A DNA stretch of 64,000 nucleotides from Bacteroidia bacterium (GCA_045805205.1 JBJMLR010000010.1:263388-327387); one strand, 5' to 3'. Counted from the first letter of the stretch, positions 18,620-29,289 are shown. The notes: a model not told the origin generated them from the sequence alone. A program made the numbers and translations.

Positions 18620-19630
18620 CTACATCAGTTTAGCAAGATCGCTGATCCATGCTTTAACCAAAGGCATTTCTTCCTGTCCGATCACATTGATATCGATAAG
18701 CTTCTGGTAGCAGGCAACCAGGTTATCACCGATATTTTCTGTTCCGGGTTTCAGCGAAAGAGCTTGTAATTCCTTGCAGATCCTGAAATTATTCGAATAG
18801 CCGGGGATCTCATCTTCAAAATCCTTCATGAGGTTGTGATCATTTCTTTCCTGCCAGACGGTTGGCTCATGGTAGAGGATGCTCCATCCGCATTCCCAGG
18901 CGATCCGCTGAGCAACATAGCTTCTCCAGATATCGGTCATGCGGAAGCTGCAGAAAGAAGGAAGATACATCAATGCAAAAGCTTCTTTGAACCAATAAGT
19001 ATTTTGACTGTTGAACGGGCTCCATGCATTTTTTCCGAGCGCAAGTTTTGCTTTGATCTCGAAATTCAGAGGAAGCGGGTAGGTGAGCCGGTAGACTGCA
19101 TCCACATCCGGGTTCTCATCTGCAAGGCCTTGCTGGATCGGGCAATTCACCAGCCGATCCGGAAGCGATGAAAGCTCGGGTTGTTTGTTTTGAAGCTCTT
19201 CAAGAGGAAATCCCCGTGGCCAGATCTTATTTTTTGTAAAATAATGATAAACGTTCACCCATCCATTTTTTTCGAACGAATGCGCTTTCACTTCACGTTG
19301 TTTCAGATCCCAGAATTCTTTCCTGGGAATATTATCATCATCGGTTTCTACAAGCTCGTCCGCTCCGTTTTTAATGGCAAGGAGGTAGCCGAGATTCTTC
19401 CGTGAGTAATGACGGGTGGGGGTGATCTTTGCGAGCTCGAACGGAAGCGTAAGCTGTTGTTCGACGCTCCAGAAATCACATCCCTCGAGTGCGAAGGCAG
19501 ATGGCGATTTCGTATCGCCGATCACGATAAATGAAGTGTTATGCTCTTTGCATTCTTTTGCAAACTGCTTCAGCACCGGATGCTGATCATTGGCGATGGA
19601 TGTGATGATGAGAGATCTGTTTTGCGACAT
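18620..19630 (-). CDS. STELLO/GT75 (RGP)-like glycosyltransferase-fold protein
   Basis: VIGDTKSP, YSRKNLGYLLAI, ETDDDN, WPRGFPL, NPDVDAVYRL, PFNSQNT, RMTDIWRSY. Confidence 0.8.
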   Translation of the reverse strand: MSQNRSLIITSIANDQHPVLKQFAKECKEHNTSFIVIGDTKSPSAFALEGCDFWSVEQQLTLPFELAKITPTRHYSRKNLGYLLAIKNGADELVETDDDNIPRKEFWDLKQREVKAHSFEKNGWVNVYHYFTKNKIWPRGFPLEELQNKQPELSSLPDRLVNCPIQQGLADENPDVDAVYRLTYPLPLNFEIKAKLALGKNAWSPFNSQNTYWFKEAFALMYLPSFCSFRMTDIWRSYVAQRIAWECGWSILYHEPTVWQERNDHNLMKDFEDEIPGYSNNFRICKELQALSLKPGTENIGDNLVACYQKLIDINVIGQEEMPLVKAWISDLAKLM

Positions 19631-19631
19631 G

Positions 19632-21662
19632 CTATTTCAATAAATCGGTTAACTCTTTTTTTATCTCTTCAAAGCCGACATCGGGGCGGTAGTCAAAATC
19701 GCGTTCCGCCGCGGTGATCTCGCCCGCAATATCTTTATGGAACTTGCCGGCGGCGTGCACGGTGGCATTTATTTTTCCGAAGGCTCCGAATGCGAGATCA
19801 AGTATACTAAATAATTCGCAGATCCAGCCGGGAATGTGAAGCGGACGGTAAGGAACCCGCAGGCCCTCCGCGATATGCCCGTAGATCTCATTGACGGTGG
19901 TTGCTGGCTCCTTATTGCCTATCCAATACCAGTTACCTTTTGCAGCCGGGGCTTTTTCCGCCTTTACAAAAGCCTGTATAATATTATCCACATGCGAAAT
20001 GCTCCTGTAATTTTTTCCGTTCCCGAAAACGATTTGTCTTTTCCATTTGAACATCTTGAAAAAGATCATGTTGCGTTCAGGCATGAACGGACCGAAGAAC
20101 CAAAAGCCGCGGAGAGAAGTTCCGTCGATCTTTCCTTCCCTTGTTTTGTCGATGATGTATTTCTCCGCAAGGTATTTTGACTTTCCGTAATTTTTGTAGG
20201 GCCTCGGTGCGGTGTATTCGTCAAATATCCTCTTTTCCCGTCCGTATCCGCAGGTGCTGTCCGTAGACATAAAAAGGATCCTTCTTACGCCCTTCCTTAT
20301 GCAGGCGTCGACAATATTTTTTGTGCCCTGCTCATTGATCTCGTAATAGGTCCTGATCGAATGCGGGTAGATGGCCCCGGCCAGGTGATAAACCGCTTTC
20401 ACATCCTCCAGCGCTTTGTCGAGGCTTTGCGGATCGGTTATGTCGCCATATGCCACTTCAACTCCATCCGGAACAGTGATAAGTTCCTGGAAGCGGGGTT
20501 GCACAAGCACCCGGATCTTCCTGTCGAGCGCGTTATTTCCGAAACGGTCGCCATTCATGAAAATATCCAGCATGCGGTTCCCCAGCCATCCGGGAAATCC
20601 GGTGATGAGGAGGCGATCTGCTGTTTCAAAGTGCATTTTTTTTAGTGCGGGGAGCTCCTTTTTCCTGAGCTTGTCCAGACCAAGATTTTTCAGCCTGGCA
20701 TTTCGGATGGCTCCGCTGATCATGTCATCCAGCTCCGGAATGGTGTATCCCAGTTCTTTTTGCGCTTTACCTGAATCGTACCAGCTGAAATTTCCAACAA
20801 CGGATGAAACGTAGGCCGGATCGACCGGACTTTTCTTTCCGAAAATAATCTTCGCGGCAAATGCTGCGATCCGGATCAATGGTTTTGGTAAAAAGATCGA
20901 TGGTCTTTTCTTTCCGGATTGTCTGGCCAGTTCGGAATAGAACTCCATGAAAGTCACATTGCTGCCGGCGACAACATATCGGCCATTTGGATGGCCTTTC
21001 AGCCATGCGTTCACATGCGCGGCAGCTACTTCTTTTACTCCGGCGACAGAAATTCCGCCTTTAAAATAGAAGCGCTGTCCATTGTTCAGGAAATCCCGGA
21101 TAACTTTATGCGGTGGTGTCTGTCTTGGGTCATGATCTCCAACAACCCAGGAAGGATAGAGGCGCCGGATGTCTGCCGAGCTTTCGGCGATAAGCGTGTC
21201 GCAAAACTCTTCTGCAAGTAATTTTCCTTTTACATAAGGGCTTTCAGGTTCTTTCACACGGTCCTGTTCTGTGATGAGCTTGTTCTTATCGGGAGACCTC
21301 CCGAGTACAACCACGGAACTGGTGTATATGATCACGGGAATCTTTGCATTCGCTGCCGTTTGGAGAACAGTCCGGCTAAGCTCAAAGGTGTTTTTGATGA
21401 CACGCTCTTCATCAGAAGTATCCGTTGTGTTCTCAGACGCGATGTGAAAAAATGCGTCGACATCCTTTAATGCACTTGAATAAGAAAGCGGTTGAAGCAG
21501 GTCACAAATGAGAATGGTGGCGCCCTTTTCCTCCAGGAGATCAGTATTGAAATTACGTTTCCGGATCAGCAATATGACAGTAACCCCTTTTTCAAGTAAG
21601 CACTCTGCAACATGAAATCCAATGTGTCCCGAAGCTCCGGTAACGATTGTCCTCTTATTCAT
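19632..21662 (-). CDS. Tandem (two-domain) NAD-dependent epimerase/dehydratase, extended SDR
   Basis: Two Rossmann starts (TGASGHIG; TGFPGWLG) and two YxxxK motifs (YVKGK; YGKSK). Confidence 0.85.
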   Translation of the reverse strand: MNKRTIVTGASGHIGFHVAECLLEKGVTVILLIRKRNFNTDLLEEKGATILICDLLQPLSYSSALKDVDAFFHIASENTTDTSDEERVIKNTFELSRTVLQTAANAKIPVIIYTSSVVVLGRSPDKNKLITEQDRVKEPESPYVKGKLLAEEFCDTLIAESSADIRRLYPSWVVGDHDPRQTPPHKVIRDFLNNGQRFYFKGGISVAGVKEVAAAHVNAWLKGHPNGRYVVAGSNVTFMEFYSELARQSGKKRPSIFLPKPLIRIAAFAAKIIFGKKSPVDPAYVSSVVGNFSWYDSGKAQKELGYTIPELDDMISGAIRNARLKNLGLDKLRKKELPALKKMHFETADRLLITGFPGWLGNRMLDIFMNGDRFGNNALDRKIRVLVQPRFQELITVPDGVEVAYGDITDPQSLDKALEDVKAVYHLAGAIYPHSIRTYYEINEQGTKNIVDACIRKGVRRILFMSTDSTCGYGREKRIFDEYTAPRPYKNYGKSKYLAEKYIIDKTREGKIDGTSLRGFWFFGPFMPERNMIFFKMFKWKRQIVFGNGKNYRSISHVDNIIQAFVKAEKAPAAKGNWYWIGNKEPATTVNEIYGHIAEGLRVPYRPLHIPGWICELFSILDLAFGAFGKINATVHAAGKFHKDIAGEITAAERDFDYRPDVGFEEIKKELTDLLK

Positions 21663-21665
21663 GTA

Positions 21666-22400
21666 CTATAGCTCCTTTGGTTTCGACGTTATCCGGAGCA
21701 GGAAATAATGGAAGAGTGTCTGGTAGGCATTCCGGATCGCTTTGCTGGATACTCTTGGAGAAGGCGCCTGATAGTGGATCGGCACTTCAACGGTCCGGTG
21801 TTTCCTCAGAAGATAGCGGAGTTCAGTTTGATAGAAGTGTGCTTTCGATAGAAATTCATGACTGATGATCTTTCCAACCACGTCGCGATGAAATCCCTGG
21901 TAGCCGGATGTCATGTCATGAAGTTTTGTTCCCAGCAGCATATTCGCAAGCACCGTTCCGGTCTTTGAAAGCATGCGTCGTTTGAAAGGGGAATCTCCCA
22001 TGGAGCCGCCATTGATGAAGCGGCTTCCGAACGCGCATTCATTTCCTTCATTCAATACGCGAAGGAACATTGGAACGGCACGAGGGTCATGAGAAAGTCC
22101 GGCATCCATTTCAATGATAATATCGTGCCCGGCTTCATATGCTTCACGTAATCCGCGGACATAGGCGTCCACAACGTTTCGATTCTCCGGCGCCCAAACC
22201 GTAACGTAACGGGAATCACGACTGGATAAGTTCTGGCAGAGCGCCAGCGTATTGTCTGTGGAAGCCTTATCGATCACAAAATAAACATTGCCGGGATTGA
22301 GTTCATCGATAACGAAATTCAGCATTTCAATGAAAGGTTTGAAATCCTGTTCTTCATTTGCCATCGGGATGACGATCGCCCATTTCTTATAATAAAACAT
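21666..22400 (-). CDS. GT2 polyprenol-phosphate glycosyltransferase (DPM synthase-like)
   Basis: VIPMANEE, EMDAGLSHDP, GSRF..GG, DMTSGY. Confidence 0.85.
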   Translation of the reverse strand: MFYYKKWAIVIPMANEEQDFKPFIEMLNFVIDELNPGNVYFVIDKASTDNTLALCQNLSSRDSRYVTVWAPENRNVVDAYVRGLREAYEAGHDIIIEMDAGLSHDPRAVPMFLRVLNEGNECAFGSRFINGGSMGDSPFKRRMLSKTGTVLANMLLGTKLHDMTSGYQGFHRDVVGKIISHEFLSKAHFYQTELRYLLRKHRTVEVPIHYQAPSPRVSSKAIRNAYQTLFHYFLLRITSKPKEL

Positions 22401-22447
22401 ATCCGGTCTGTTTACGTCAAAAATACTAATATTTTGCTACCTGCTTC

Positions 22448-24241
22448 TTATTTCAACGCGTCGAGAAACTTATTCTCCCGCGCCTTATCATCGTTGTGTT
22501 TGAAATAATACAGGTAAAAAGAATCGTAATCCTTTTTGATCTGTTCTTTTGATCTTTGCGTCAGCTCCGACTGAATATACTGATCCAGGTAAGCTCTGAA
22601 GTCCGTATATTGAAAGCTGTCGCCAAAACGTTCACGCATCTGATCGATGATCTTATTGTTAAAGGTAATGATCTCGGTCCTGAGACGGAATGGTGGAATA
22701 TCGATCTGCGCGTATTTGTACTGATCCTTTGAGATAGGACTTCTGTTAAAAAGAAGGTTGATCCCTTTATTCTGGAGATATTCATAGGTAGCATGTTTTT
22801 CATGCCCGATCCTGCTGCGCTGCGCCACTTTTGAGTGTGCGATCAGTGTGTCTGTGAGTCCATGATATTCCTGTTCATAAGAGAAATTTGCAAAGTAGCC
22901 CAGGCAGGCCTGTCCGCCCCTGACAAGCATTTTTGCATCGATACCTGCAAAAGCACGATGAATCGCTTTCCCGAGTTTTATGTCCTCGCTGATCGGCAGA
23001 TATTCTGTGTAAACATAACGTTCATCTGCCACGTCCCGGTTCAATGTGGTGATGATATTCCCATTCTTGTCGGGAGCTTTGAATACATCAAAGCGCAAGA
23101 TCATTTCAGGATAGCTGCATAAAAGCAGGAGCACGAGAACAGTGTTGAGTCGTTGTGCTGTACTGAAATACTGAAGCGCGGAATAGAAAATAATAAAGGC
23201 CATGAACGGCGCCATCGGAATAACAAAGCGTGCATGCATAAAATCACCACCTACTTTGGCCACGAAGATGAGGAGATAGGCGTATACTGCAATGATGCTG
23301 GTGAGGTATGCGGCATTACCAGGCTTAGCGGAATAGTTCCGGATGTTCTCAATAAGCTTTCCTTTGAACAAAGGAATCAGCACAAACGGTGGTAGAATAA
23401 AAATAAGAAAAGCGGTAAAGTGCGGCTTGAAGTATAGCCACAGATAATAAAATCCTTTGCTAAAAAAAGATTCGCCGCCGAGTTTATCATAGTAAGTGTT
23501 CGGGAAAATGAACCCGAAATAATTGTAGCGCCATAAAAAATACGGAAGATAGATCACGATGAGCGCGAGATTAAAACGAAGCAGGAGGCTGATGATTCCT
23601 CGTACGTTCCTCCTGTGAAGAAAATGATATGCGACCATCAGTGTATTCACGACTGCGATGATCAGCATTGCATCCGGCCGGGTCATCATTGCAAGAGAAA
23701 GGAACAGTCCGGAAAAAAGCAGACGTTTGTTTTCGCTCAGCTCAGAGAAAAAATAAATAAAGAATGCGGCGCAAAGCAGGAAGGTGTAAAATGAAGTTTC
23801 GAGCCCGCTGGTTGCCCATACATTGTAATCGTAATTAAGAGCGAGAGAAATAACAACAAAAGGGATAATGAATGTGTTATGCTTTTGTGCAATTCGTATG
23901 CCGATCAGGGAGCAGAGTGCAAGTGTGCCAAGAGAGCTGAGTATACCGAGGAACTGGGTCACATTCATCGGATCGAAATTCAGCTTTGTGAAGAAGCTGA
24001 TCAGCATGAGCCAGAGAAAATCGGTGAAGCCTTCCACTTTTTCTCCCGGGTTGTACACAAGTCCTTGTCCGGCGATAAAATGCTGTACATAACGAAGCGC
24101 GATGAAGATATCATCTCCGAGCCATCTTAACTTGTAGGAGTAGATCAGGCTCACTGCTATTGCCAGCAGCGAAAGAAGAATGACATTTCTTTTTGACGCA
24201 GAGGATGGGGGGGTATTTATCGGGATCTTCGTTTTTGCCAT
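22448..24241 (-). CDS. GT-C membrane glycosyltransferase, arabinofuranosyltransferase AftB-like
   Basis: Likely start MAKTKIP at 24241; DDIFIALRY, YNPGEKVEGFT, ATSGLET, TRPD, PNTYY, RIGHEK. Confidence 0.7.
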   Translation of the reverse strand: MAKTKIPINTPPSSASKRNVILLSLLAIAVSLIYSYKLRWLGDDIFIALRYVQHFIAGQGLVYNPGEKVEGFTDFLWLMLISFFTKLNFDPMNVTQFLGILSSLGTLALCSLIGIRIAQKHNTFIIPFVVISLALNYDYNVWATSGLETSFYTFLLCAAFFIYFFSELSENKRLLFSGLFLSLAMMTRPDAMLIIAVVNTLMVAYHFLHRRNVRGIISLLLRFNLALIVIYLPYFLWRYNYFGFIFPNTYYDKLGGESFFSKGFYYLWLYFKPHFTAFLIFILPPFVLIPLFKGKLIENIRNYSAKPGNAAYLTSIIAVYAYLLIFVAKVGGDFMHARFVIPMAPFMAFIIFYSALQYFSTAQRLNTVLVLLLLCSYPEMILRFDVFKAPDKNGNIITTLNRDVADERYVYTEYLPISEDIKLGKAIHRAFAGIDAKMLVRGGQACLGYFANFSYEQEYHGLTDTLIAHSKVAQRSRIGHEKHATYEYLQNKGINLLFNRSPISKDQYKYAQIDIPPFRLRTEIITFNNKIIDQMRERFGDSFQYTDFRAYLDQYIQSELTQRSKEQIKKDYDSFYLYYFKHNDDKARENKFLDALK

Positions 24242-24349
24242 TTTTCTTAAAGTAAAGGCTCCAAAAATAGGAAAACTAAATCGCAAAGATGCCTTTAAAG
24301 AGGCGGAAATATTAATGAGCAAATACTTGTTTCAATACCTAAAAAAGGG

Positions 24350-24382
24350 TATTTTTGTACTGGATTTAGATTCAATCTAAAT
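24350..24382 (+). promoter_or_regulatory. suf promoter (-7 box) followed by a Bacteroidota Fur-type box
   Basis: TATTTTTG 24350-24357; 19-bp palindrome ATTTAGATT-C-AATCTAAAT 24364-24382. Confidence 0.7.
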
Positions 24383-24423
24383 AAGAATAAGATATAAATA
24401 ATTGATTTTCAATAAGATATAAA

Positions 24424-24750
24424 ATGATAACGGTTTCAGACAACGCAAAACAACATGCGTTAAATTTAATAAAGAGTGAGAATCGTCCGGAAGGCACTTT
24501 TATCCGTGTTGGTGTTGACGGCGGTGGTTGCTCAGGACTTTCCTACAAATTGGAATTTGATGACCAGGTCCATGAAGGCGACCAGGTATTTGAGGACAAA
24601 GGAATCAGGATCGCGGTGGACAAAAAAAGCTTTCTGTACCTGGTTGGTACTGAGCTGGACTACACCGGCGGTTTGAACGGGAAAGGATTTGTGTTTAACA
24701 ATCCGAATGCATCGCGTACATGTGGATGCGGCGAAAGTTTTAGTGTATAA
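24424..24750 (+). CDS. sufA: HesB/IscA/SufA Fe-S cluster carrier
   Basis: GGGCSGLSY and TCGCGESF motifs; upstream of sufB. Confidence 0.9.
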   Translation: MITVSDNAKQHALNLIKSENRPEGTFIRVGVDGGGCSGLSYKLEFDDQVHEGDQVFEDKGIRIAVDKKSFLYLVGTELDYTGGLNGKGFVFNNPNASRTCGCGESFSV

Positions 24751-24814
24751 CTAATCTGTGGTTAGCATGAGCGGTTAGCAATTATCTACTGCCCATGCCT
24801 ACTGAATTGAAATA

Positions 24815-26266
24815 ATGGCAAACGAAATTTTAGAGGAGCATATTAACAGCGATTATAAGTACGGTTTTGTTACGGATATCGAGGCTGATAATGCACCCAA
24901 AGGGCTGAATGAAGACATCATCCGTTTTATTTCGGAAAAGAAAAACGAGCCGGCATGGATGCTGGAATATCGCCTGAAAGCATTCCGCTACTGGCTTACC
25001 TTAGAAGAGCCGCACTGGGCACATGTTTCTTACACGAAACCAAGTTTCCAGGATATCATTTATTATTCCGCACCGAAACAGCAGAAAAAACTTAATAGTC
25101 TTGATGAGGTAGACCCTGAGCTGCTGAAAACATTCGAGAAGCTTGGAATTTCCCTTGAGGAGCAAAAGCGCTTGTCAGGTGTGGAAAGCAGGATCGCTGT
25201 GGATGCGGTTATCGACAGCGTTTCCGTAAAAACAACATTCAAAGAAACACTTTCCGAAAAAGGGATCATTTTCTGTTCCTTCAGCGAAGCTGTTCAGGAT
25301 CATCCGGATCTGGTGCGTAAGTACATGGGCTCGGTGGTTCCGCACACCGATAATTTTTATGCTGCCTTGAATGCGGCAGTATTCAGCGACGGGTCATTCT
25401 GCTACATTCCGAAAGGCGTTCGCTGCCCGATGGAGCTGTCGACTTATTTCCGGATCAATGCATCCGGAACCGGCCAGTTTGAAAGGACCTTGCTCATTGC
25501 AGATGAAGGCGCCTATGTTAGCTACCTGGAAGGATGTACTGCGCCGATGCGTGATGAGAACCAGCTTCATGCCGCCGTTGTTGAGATCATTGCACACAAA
25601 AATGCAGAGGTGAAATACAGTACGGTTCAAAATTGGTACCCGGGCGACAAAGACGGGAAAGGCGGCATTTTCAATTTCGTTACAAAACGCGGCGTTTGCC
25701 TCGGGGAAAATTCCAAGATCTCCTGGACACAGGTAGAAACAGGTTCTGCGGTAACCTGGAAATATCCTTCCGTGATCCTGAAAGGCGATAATTCGGTCGG
25801 AGAATTTTATTCCGTTGCCGTCACAAATAATTACCAGCAGGCAGATACCGGAACAAAAATGCTGCATCTCGGAAAAAATACACGGAGCACTATTATTTCA
25901 AAAGGCATCTCCGCGGGTTTCAGCAATAACAGCTATCGCGGCTTGGTTCGTATTTCCAAGGGAGCAAGCAATGCAAGGAATTTTTCGCAATGCGATAGCT
26001 TGCTGATGGGTGATAAATGCGGGGCACATACCTTTCCTTATATCGAGATCAAAGATAAAACGGGAATTGTAGAGCACGAAGCAACCACCTCGAAGATCGG
26101 GGAGGATCAGCTGTTCTATTGCCGCCAGCGCGGGATCGATAACGAAAAAGCGATCGGCTTGATCGTCAATGGCTATTGCAAAGAAGTATTAAATAAGCTA
26201 CCGATGGAATTTGCGGTGGAAGCACAGAAGCTGCTTGCGGTTAGTTTAGAGGGAAGTGTAGGTTAA
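24815..26266 (+). CDS. sufB: Fe-S cluster assembly protein SufB
   Basis: [46 protein letters not shown]. Confidence 0.97.
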   Translation: MANEILEEHINSDYKYGFVTDIEADNAPKGLNEDIIRFISEKKNEPAWMLEYRLKAFRYWLTLEEPHWAHVSYTKPSFQDIIYYSAPKQQKKLNSLDEVDPELLKTFEKLGISLEEQKRLSGVESRIAVDAVIDSVSVKTTFKETLSEKGIIFCSFSEAVQDHPDLVRKYMGSVVPHTDNFYAALNAAVFSDGSFCYIPKGVRCPMELSTYFRINASGTGQFERTLLIADEGAYVSYLEGCTAPMRDENQLHAAVVEIIAHKNAEVKYSTVQNWYPGDKDGKGGIFNFVTKRGVCLGENSKISWTQVETGSAVTWKYPSVILKGDNSVGEFYSVAVTNNYQQADTGTKMLHLGKNTRSTIISKGISAGFSNNSYRGLVRISKGASNARNFSQCDSLLMGDKCGAHTFPYIEIKDKTGIVEHEATTSKIGEDQLFYCRQRGIDNEKAIGLIVNGYCKEVLNKLPMEFAVEAQKLLAVSLEGSVG

Positions 26267-26276
26267 AAGAAAATTC

Positions 26277-26348
26277 ACCACTAAGGCACTAAGAAAAGGA
26301 GAACCACTAAGCCTTAGTGAAACTATGTGACCTAAGTGTCTTAGTGGT
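26277..26348. repeat. Short palindromic (REP/MITE-like) element built from CACTAAG units
   Basis: ACCACTAAGGCACT 26277-26290 is inverted relative to AGTGTCTTAGTGGT 26335-26348; internal CACTAAG/CTTAGTG. Confidence 0.65.
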
Positions 26349-26358
26349 AAAAGAAATT

Positions 26359-27111
26359 ATGTTAAGCATCAAAAATTTACACGCCTCTATCGACGGCAAA
26401 GAGATCCTGAAGGGGATCAACCTGGAAGTAAAAGCCGGAGAGATCCATGCGATCATGGGTCCGAATGGTTCCGGGAAAAGTACTTTATCCGCTGTTCTTG
26501 CCGGAAGAGCGGAATACGAGGTAACGGAAGGTTCTGTGACCTTCAACGGAAAAGATCTCCTGGAGCTGGAGCCGGAAGATCGTGCAAGAGAGGGCGTTTT
26601 TCTGGCTTTTCAATATCCTGTGGAGATCCCGGGTGTAAGCAACATTAACTTTCTGAAAACCGCGATCAACGAAATTCGTGCATACAAAGGGATTGGACCA
26701 ATGGAAGCAAAAGATTTTCTTGCAATGGTCAAAGAAAAGCAGAAGCTGGTGGAGCTGGATGTGAAGCTTGCCAACCGAAGCGTGAATGAAGGATTCAGCG
26801 GAGGCGAAAAAAAGCGAAATGAGATTTTCCAGATGGCGATGCTGGAGCCGAAGCTGGCGATCCTGGATGAAACAGACAGCGGCCTGGATATCGATGCGCT
26901 GCGCATCGTTGCAGGAGGTGTGAACAAGTTGAAGTCAAAAGACAACGCAACGATCGTGATCACACACTATCAGCGTTTGCTCGATTACATTGTACCGGAT
27001 GTGGTTCACATTCTTTATAAGGGTAAGATCGTAAAATCCGGACCGAAGGAACTTGCGCTTGAGCTGGAGGAAAAAGGATATGATTTCATTAAAGATGAAG
27101 TAGAAGCATAA
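26359..27111 (+). CDS. sufC: Fe-S cluster assembly ATPase SufC
   Basis: Start MLSIKNLH; GPNGSGKST, FSGGEKKRNE, LDETDSGLD. Confidence 0.97.
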   Translation: MLSIKNLHASIDGKEILKGINLEVKAGEIHAIMGPNGSGKSTLSAVLAGRAEYEVTEGSVTFNGKDLLELEPEDRAREGVFLAFQYPVEIPGVSNINFLKTAINEIRAYKGIGPMEAKDFLAMVKEKQKLVELDVKLANRSVNEGFSGGEKKRNEIFQMAMLEPKLAILDETDSGLDIDALRIVAGGVNKLKSKDNATIVITHYQRLLDYIVPDVVHILYKGKIVKSGPKELALELEEKGYDFIKDEVEA

Positions 27112-27133
27112 GCTTCCGGGAATCAGAATTTTT

Positions 27134-28393
27134 ATGGAGACCATCGTAAAAAAAGATACAATAAAAGATAAGCTGATCGGAGAATATCGTTCGGTCCGTG
27201 GAAATCTTTTTGGTGCAGCAGCACTTCGTGAGGAGGCGATCGCTGCATTTGAAAAGCAGGGAATTCCGAATCGTAAAAGCGAGGAATACAAATATGTGAA
27301 TGTGGAAGCCGTGCTGAAAGAACGGTCGGCTCCGTCAAAAGATCCTGTAGTAAGCTCCCCGCAAATTCTTGCAGGCGCATTAACGGTTGTGATCAACGGA
27401 AAGAGCGTAACCTGTTCCGCTACGCCGCCAAAAGGATTGGTTATTTGCAGCATCGGTGAAGCATTTGAAAAATACTCGGTTACCATCAACCAGCATTATG
27501 GGAAATATGCCGATGTAGATTCAGATCCCTTCATCGCTTTGAACACGGCCCTGTGCAGCGAAGGTGTTTTTATACATGTGGAAAAAAATACGGTGATCGA
27601 AACGCCTGTTCATGTGATCCACGGTTCATCCGCAGATCCGCTGTGCAGCTCGCGTAACCTCTTTGTGATCGATGACAACGCGCAGGCGACAGTTATCGAG
27701 AGCTTCGAGAGTAAAACAAAAGCTTTTCGTAATGCGCTGACCGAAATCGTGATCGGCACAAATGCGAACGTGGATCATTATAAGATCCAGGAAGAAGGAG
27801 AGGATGCTGCTTTATTAAGTACAACGCAGACATATCAAAAAAAACAGAGCGTATTTTCCACGCATACGTTCACATTGAGCGGCGGCTGGGTTCGCAATAA
27901 CCTGACAATGGTGCTGGACGATGAACACATCGAGTCGCACCTCAATGGCTTGTACCTTACCAACGGAAGCCAGGTGGTGGATAATCACACGCTGGTGGAT
28001 CACCGGAAGCCAAATTGTAACAGCAATGAGCTTTACAAGGGAATTATCGAAGACCGCTCTTCGGCTACATTCAACGGCAAGATCTACGTCAGAAAGGACG
28101 CCCAGAAAACAAATGCATTTCAGTCGAATAAAAATATTCTTCTCAGCGACGAAGGAACTATTAATACCAAGCCTCAGCTGGAGATCTATGCGGATGATGT
28201 GAAGTGTTCGCACGGGACATCAACAGGCAAGCTGGATGAGGATAAGATCTTTTACCTCCGCGCCCGCGGATTGAGCGAGGCGAGTGCAAAGAAATTACTG
28301 ATGCATGCCTTTGCATCGGAAGTGGTGAATACGATAAAAGTGGAAGAGCTCAGGAATTACGTGGAGAACAGGATCTCAAAACGTTTTGAATAA
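27134..28393 (+). CDS. sufD: Fe-S cluster assembly protein SufD
   Basis: EEYKY, FNGKIYV..DAQKT, KPQLEIYADDVKCSHG, FYLRARG. Confidence 0.95.
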   Translation: METIVKKDTIKDKLIGEYRSVRGNLFGAAALREEAIAAFEKQGIPNRKSEEYKYVNVEAVLKERSAPSKDPVVSSPQILAGALTVVINGKSVTCSATPPKGLVICSIGEAFEKYSVTINQHYGKYADVDSDPFIALNTALCSEGVFIHVEKNTVIETPVHVIHGSSADPLCSSRNLFVIDDNAQATVIESFESKTKAFRNALTEIVIGTNANVDHYKIQEEGEDAALLSTTQTYQKKQSVFSTHTFTLSGGWVRNNLTMVLDDEHIESHLNGLYLTNGSQVVDNHTLVDHRKPNCNSNELYKGIIEDRSSATFNGKIYVRKDAQKTNAFQSNKNILLSDEGTINTKPQLEIYADDVKCSHGTSTGKLDEDKIFYLRARGLSEASAKKLLMHAFASEVVNTIKVEELRNYVENRISKRFE

Positions 28394-28401
28394 CCGTATC
28401 A

Positions 28402-29289
28402 GTGCTTTTCAAGAATAAGAATCTTCTTCTCTTACATTTTATTGTTCTTATCTGGGGCTGGTCGCCCATCCTGGGTAAACTGATCAATCTCGAAGGTGTT
28501 GTTGCCTATCAGCTGGTCTGGTTTCGTATGGGTATTACCATCGCAACGATCGCCTGCTATCTTTTGCTCACAAAAACCAATGTCCGGCTTCCGAAGGAAG
28601 ATATTCTCATACTTTTCGGTGTTGGCGCGATCATCGCATTTCACTGGTTCTGTTTTTACAATGCAATTAATGTATCGAATGTTTCAGTAACACTGGTTGC
28701 ATTTGCGACAGGAACGTTATTCACCTCATTGATCGAACCGGTGTTTTACAAACGAAAGGTGATCGGATATGAGATCGTTTTCGGAATGGTGATCATCGGC
28801 GCTATTGCGATGATCTTCAAAGTAGAAACACAATATACTGCGGGGATCATTTTCGGAATACTGGCGGCGCTGACCTCTTCTCTTTTTACTGTCTTAAATG
28901 GATTACTGGTACGCAGGATTCCGTCGCCGCTCATTGCGATCTATGAGCTTACCGGAGGATTTGCGGTGCTGACCATTTATCTTTTTTGTACCGGAGAATT
29001 TATTCCTTCTTTCTTTTCCGTGTCTCCGGCGGGATGGGGCTGGCTGTCCATTCTTTCTGTTCTTGGAACTGCTTTCCCTTTTATCGCCAGCGTAAACCTG
29101 ATGAAAAAGATCAGTCCCTACACGGTTACGCTCACTGTGAATCTTGAAACGGTATACGGAATTATTATTGCCTATCTCCTCTGGAAAAAGAATGAAGCGA
29201 TGACGCCGGGCTTCTATGTCGGCACGCTCATTATCCTTGCAACTGTTTTCGGTAACGGTATGCTGAAGCAATACCTGAAGAAGGGATAA
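28402..29289 (+). CDS. DMT/EamA family transporter
   Basis: About 10 TM helices; LHFIVLIWG..ILGKLI; NLETVYGII. Confidence 0.85.
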   Translation: MLFKNKNLLLLHFIVLIWGWSPILGKLINLEGVVAYQLVWFRMGITIATIACYLLLTKTNVRLPKEDILILFGVGAIIAFHWFCFYNAINVSNVSVTLVAFATGTLFTSLIEPVFYKRKVIGYEIVFGMVIIGAIAMIFKVETQYTAGIIFGILAALTSSLFTVLNGLLVRRIPSPLIAIYELTGGFAVLTIYLFCTGEFIPSFFSVSPAGWGWLSILSVLGTAFPFIASVNLMKKISPYTVTLTVNLETVYGIIIAYLLWKKNEAMTPGFYVGTLIILATVFGNGMLKQYLKKG

